Part shown: positions 61,870 through 64,000 of the stretch, one piece after another
How positions within the stretch are numbered: the stretch's first letter is position 1
How the letters are laid out: every line of letters begins with the position of its first letter
The notes under the pieces: model-generated
The model's input: only the letters and a program-made list of their open reading frames with translations
What the model was told of the DNA's origin: nothing
Databases searched by the model: none
Translations under genes and position numbers: made by a program
Source of the DNA: Selaginella moellendorffii
Taxonomy: Eukaryota; Plantae; Lycopodiophyta
DNA: 64,000 nucleotides
Direction: 5' to 3'
NCBI RefSeq assembly: GCF_000143415.4
Contig: NW_003314289.1
Location: forward strand, 1,792,293 to 1,856,292

Positions 61870-63728
61870 TGCGGAAAGCATCTTCAAGTAGCGATGAACA
61901 GAAGCAGAAGTGGAAGAAGGTAAGTAGTGACGAAGAGGTAGAGTTGCGATGAACATGGATGCAGTTTAAGCCTTGGTCTCGTCTGTAGTTCAGCAAGTAG
62001 ATAGATGATGTCACTACAAAAATAGTATTGAAACTGGCAGAGTAGAATAAATAGAGAAGTAGCAAGCAATCCAGCTCTGCTGGAATAGATACGAAAATTG
62101 TTGGTTGGTGATATAATTCTATTTGTAGCCAATGGTTTTTGGGTTAATGATTCTGTTTTGCAGCAACCCTGTCCCTTGCAATCTTCTATAAAGATTAAAA
62201 TTCAATTTTTTTATGTTCCCTTCAAAAGAAAGTAACAGAAAACTTGACCATGGCCGAAAATTAATCTTAGCAGTAAGATGTTAATGTTTTGCAGTGTTTA
62301 TTTTTAGGATTTACATATTGTGATTTACAGAAAATGCAAGCTTTATAGGAAATTGGCACCTTTTTAGAATGAATAGCATGTCTCAATCCATTGGTTTCAA
62401 AGAGATCCTAGATAGGACTCTTTTGCTTTGGATATCATTGTATAAGATTTCAGCTTTGATTATGTTTTGGTAAAGAATCTTGGAGTTGGTACAGTGTTTC
62501 TACAACATTGTGAAGATCTGTTATTCATTCAGATCTGTTTCTACAACAGATCCTTTAGGATCTGTTGCAGCTGCAAAACAAAAGCTCAACTCTTCTAGAG
62601 GCTGCTCATCGTGACTACAGACCTTGTGCATGCACACTTCCCTAGCACACTTCCCCAAACTTGCAAAACTTTTTGTGCTCCAACCAGTTCTCTTTAATTT
62701 GACATTCCTTGGAGCAATAGCTCACAAGAAAGCATCCAGCAAGTTGTTGTACAAAAGTTGCTTCATGAGCCCTATTTCTAGTTGGAGCATTACTTAGGAG
62801 AATTACAATGTAGCCAGTCTTTATGTTTAGCTTGTGAGGGGGCAGTTATCAAGTTTAAAAACTCCAAGGATTTTTTCATCTGTTTCTATTTCTATGATAT
62901 CAATGCTTATTGTGCAGACTTCCACCCCAAGAGATGCATGTTTTGTGATAGACTTGGGTTGTCTGGCTCTCTATATTTTCTAAACAATTTTCTCTAGTAG
63001 TGGATGTTAGTGGCAGTCTGACAAATGTCTTTGTTGAATTTTGTAGGAGGTGTAGGGAGCCTAGTCTCACAAGCCAATTTGACTTTCTTTTGGGTTCACT
63101 TGCATGAGCAACAAGAATTTCAGGAGTTTCTATATTGGTGAAGCTTTTTAACGATTTGAGTGTGACAGGCCCTGGGGTCATTTTGTATTAACTCAAATTG
63201 CTCAGAAAGTGAATTTGCAATTTAAAGACGAGGCTTCCCACATTTGAATGCTGGATCCATTGCCAGGGAGAAGGGAGAAGCTTGCCACTGTTGAGAGGCA
63301 CTTAGAAGAGGTGGACCTTGACATGCAAGACTACAAGGAGCTGGTGCAAGCAAGAAGAGATCATCTAGTAAAGACTTGCAAAACAACCTTTAAATAGTTT
63401 ATATGTGATTAAATATGGAAATTCTATATTTATATTTATTTATTTTGCTTTTACAGAAACAGAAAGCTTAATTAATATAAAAAACATTTTAGATTTAGTT
63501 TAAGTTAAAATTTTCTTATCTATACTTTTTTTTATCATTTACACAAGAAACTCAGCTTCTTACTAAGCAAGGTAGAGAATAATTTGTGACTTCGTCTCAA
63601 TGTTAAAAGAGGAATCTACATTGCGAAGCCAGTCAAACATGGGGAACCATAAAAGGCTGCGGGTCAGAGCATCCTACACAAAAATTCTTACACTTTCTAT
63701 TTCATTCACTACTTTTTGATATCAATCC

Positions 63729-64000
63729 ATGGTTTTTCCAAAGTACCAGATCGCATTCTTGTATATCCATAGAGAGAGTGGTGACATTGCCTTCGTCTCA
63801 CAATCTGCGTCCAGCCAAGCGAAGTGTGATTTCTTGTTCTCTTCCATGGTTCCGAGTGACAAGGCACAGGATTTAGAGGCGCCCAAGTACACCATGTCCA
63901 TGCTTGGAACTGACTCGTGCTCTTCATGACAAGCCACCGTCTACGAGAGATACATGAGAGATATATTGGGAATCATGAGTTATTTGGCGTCTCTCCTGCT
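63729..64000 (+). pseudogene. DIT1/PvcA isocyanide synthase, copy 4 (5' part, decayed; runs off the window)
   Basis: PKYQIAFLYIHRESGDIAFVSQSAS..AKCDFLFSSMV, stop at 63927, then ATVYERY and MSYLASLL. Confidence 0.85.

Noticed and set aside
62400-63400. Coding-like debris
   Set aside because: Multiple stops and no family I can recognise.

Overview
Gene-dense plant nuclear DNA with very short introns (~50-90 bp). The gene set and style suggest a lycophyte such as Selaginella; this is an inference, not a confirmed identification. The left ~42 kb is an accessory, TE-rich array. It holds two near-identical intronless copies of a fungal-type DIT1/PvcA isocyanide synthase (ICS) gene, three tandem full-size ABCG/PDR transporter copies (two apparently intact, one truncated pseudogene), two Ty3/gypsy families, a 5S-bearing Cassandra-like LTR fragment, a hAT derivative inserted in a Uma2-like nuclease pseudogene, and patatin-like phospholipase fragments. 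The 42-55 kb stretch carries ordinary plant genes: BSD2, a plastid TPR protein, a PBS1-like RLCK, a BES1/BZR1 transcription factor, a HAK/KUP K+ transporter, an Expp1-like protein and a secreted jacalin. The right end has two more decayed ICS paralogues, a PIG-B pseudogene and a Crinkler-like NTPase-nuclease pseudogene. The main finding is a plant ICS gene family (4 copies in 64 kb), with one copy head-to-head with a PDR exporter. This is a candidate horizontally acquired isocyanide/formyl-amino-acid biosynthesis and export module. Family assignments come from motif recognition only; no database searches were run.
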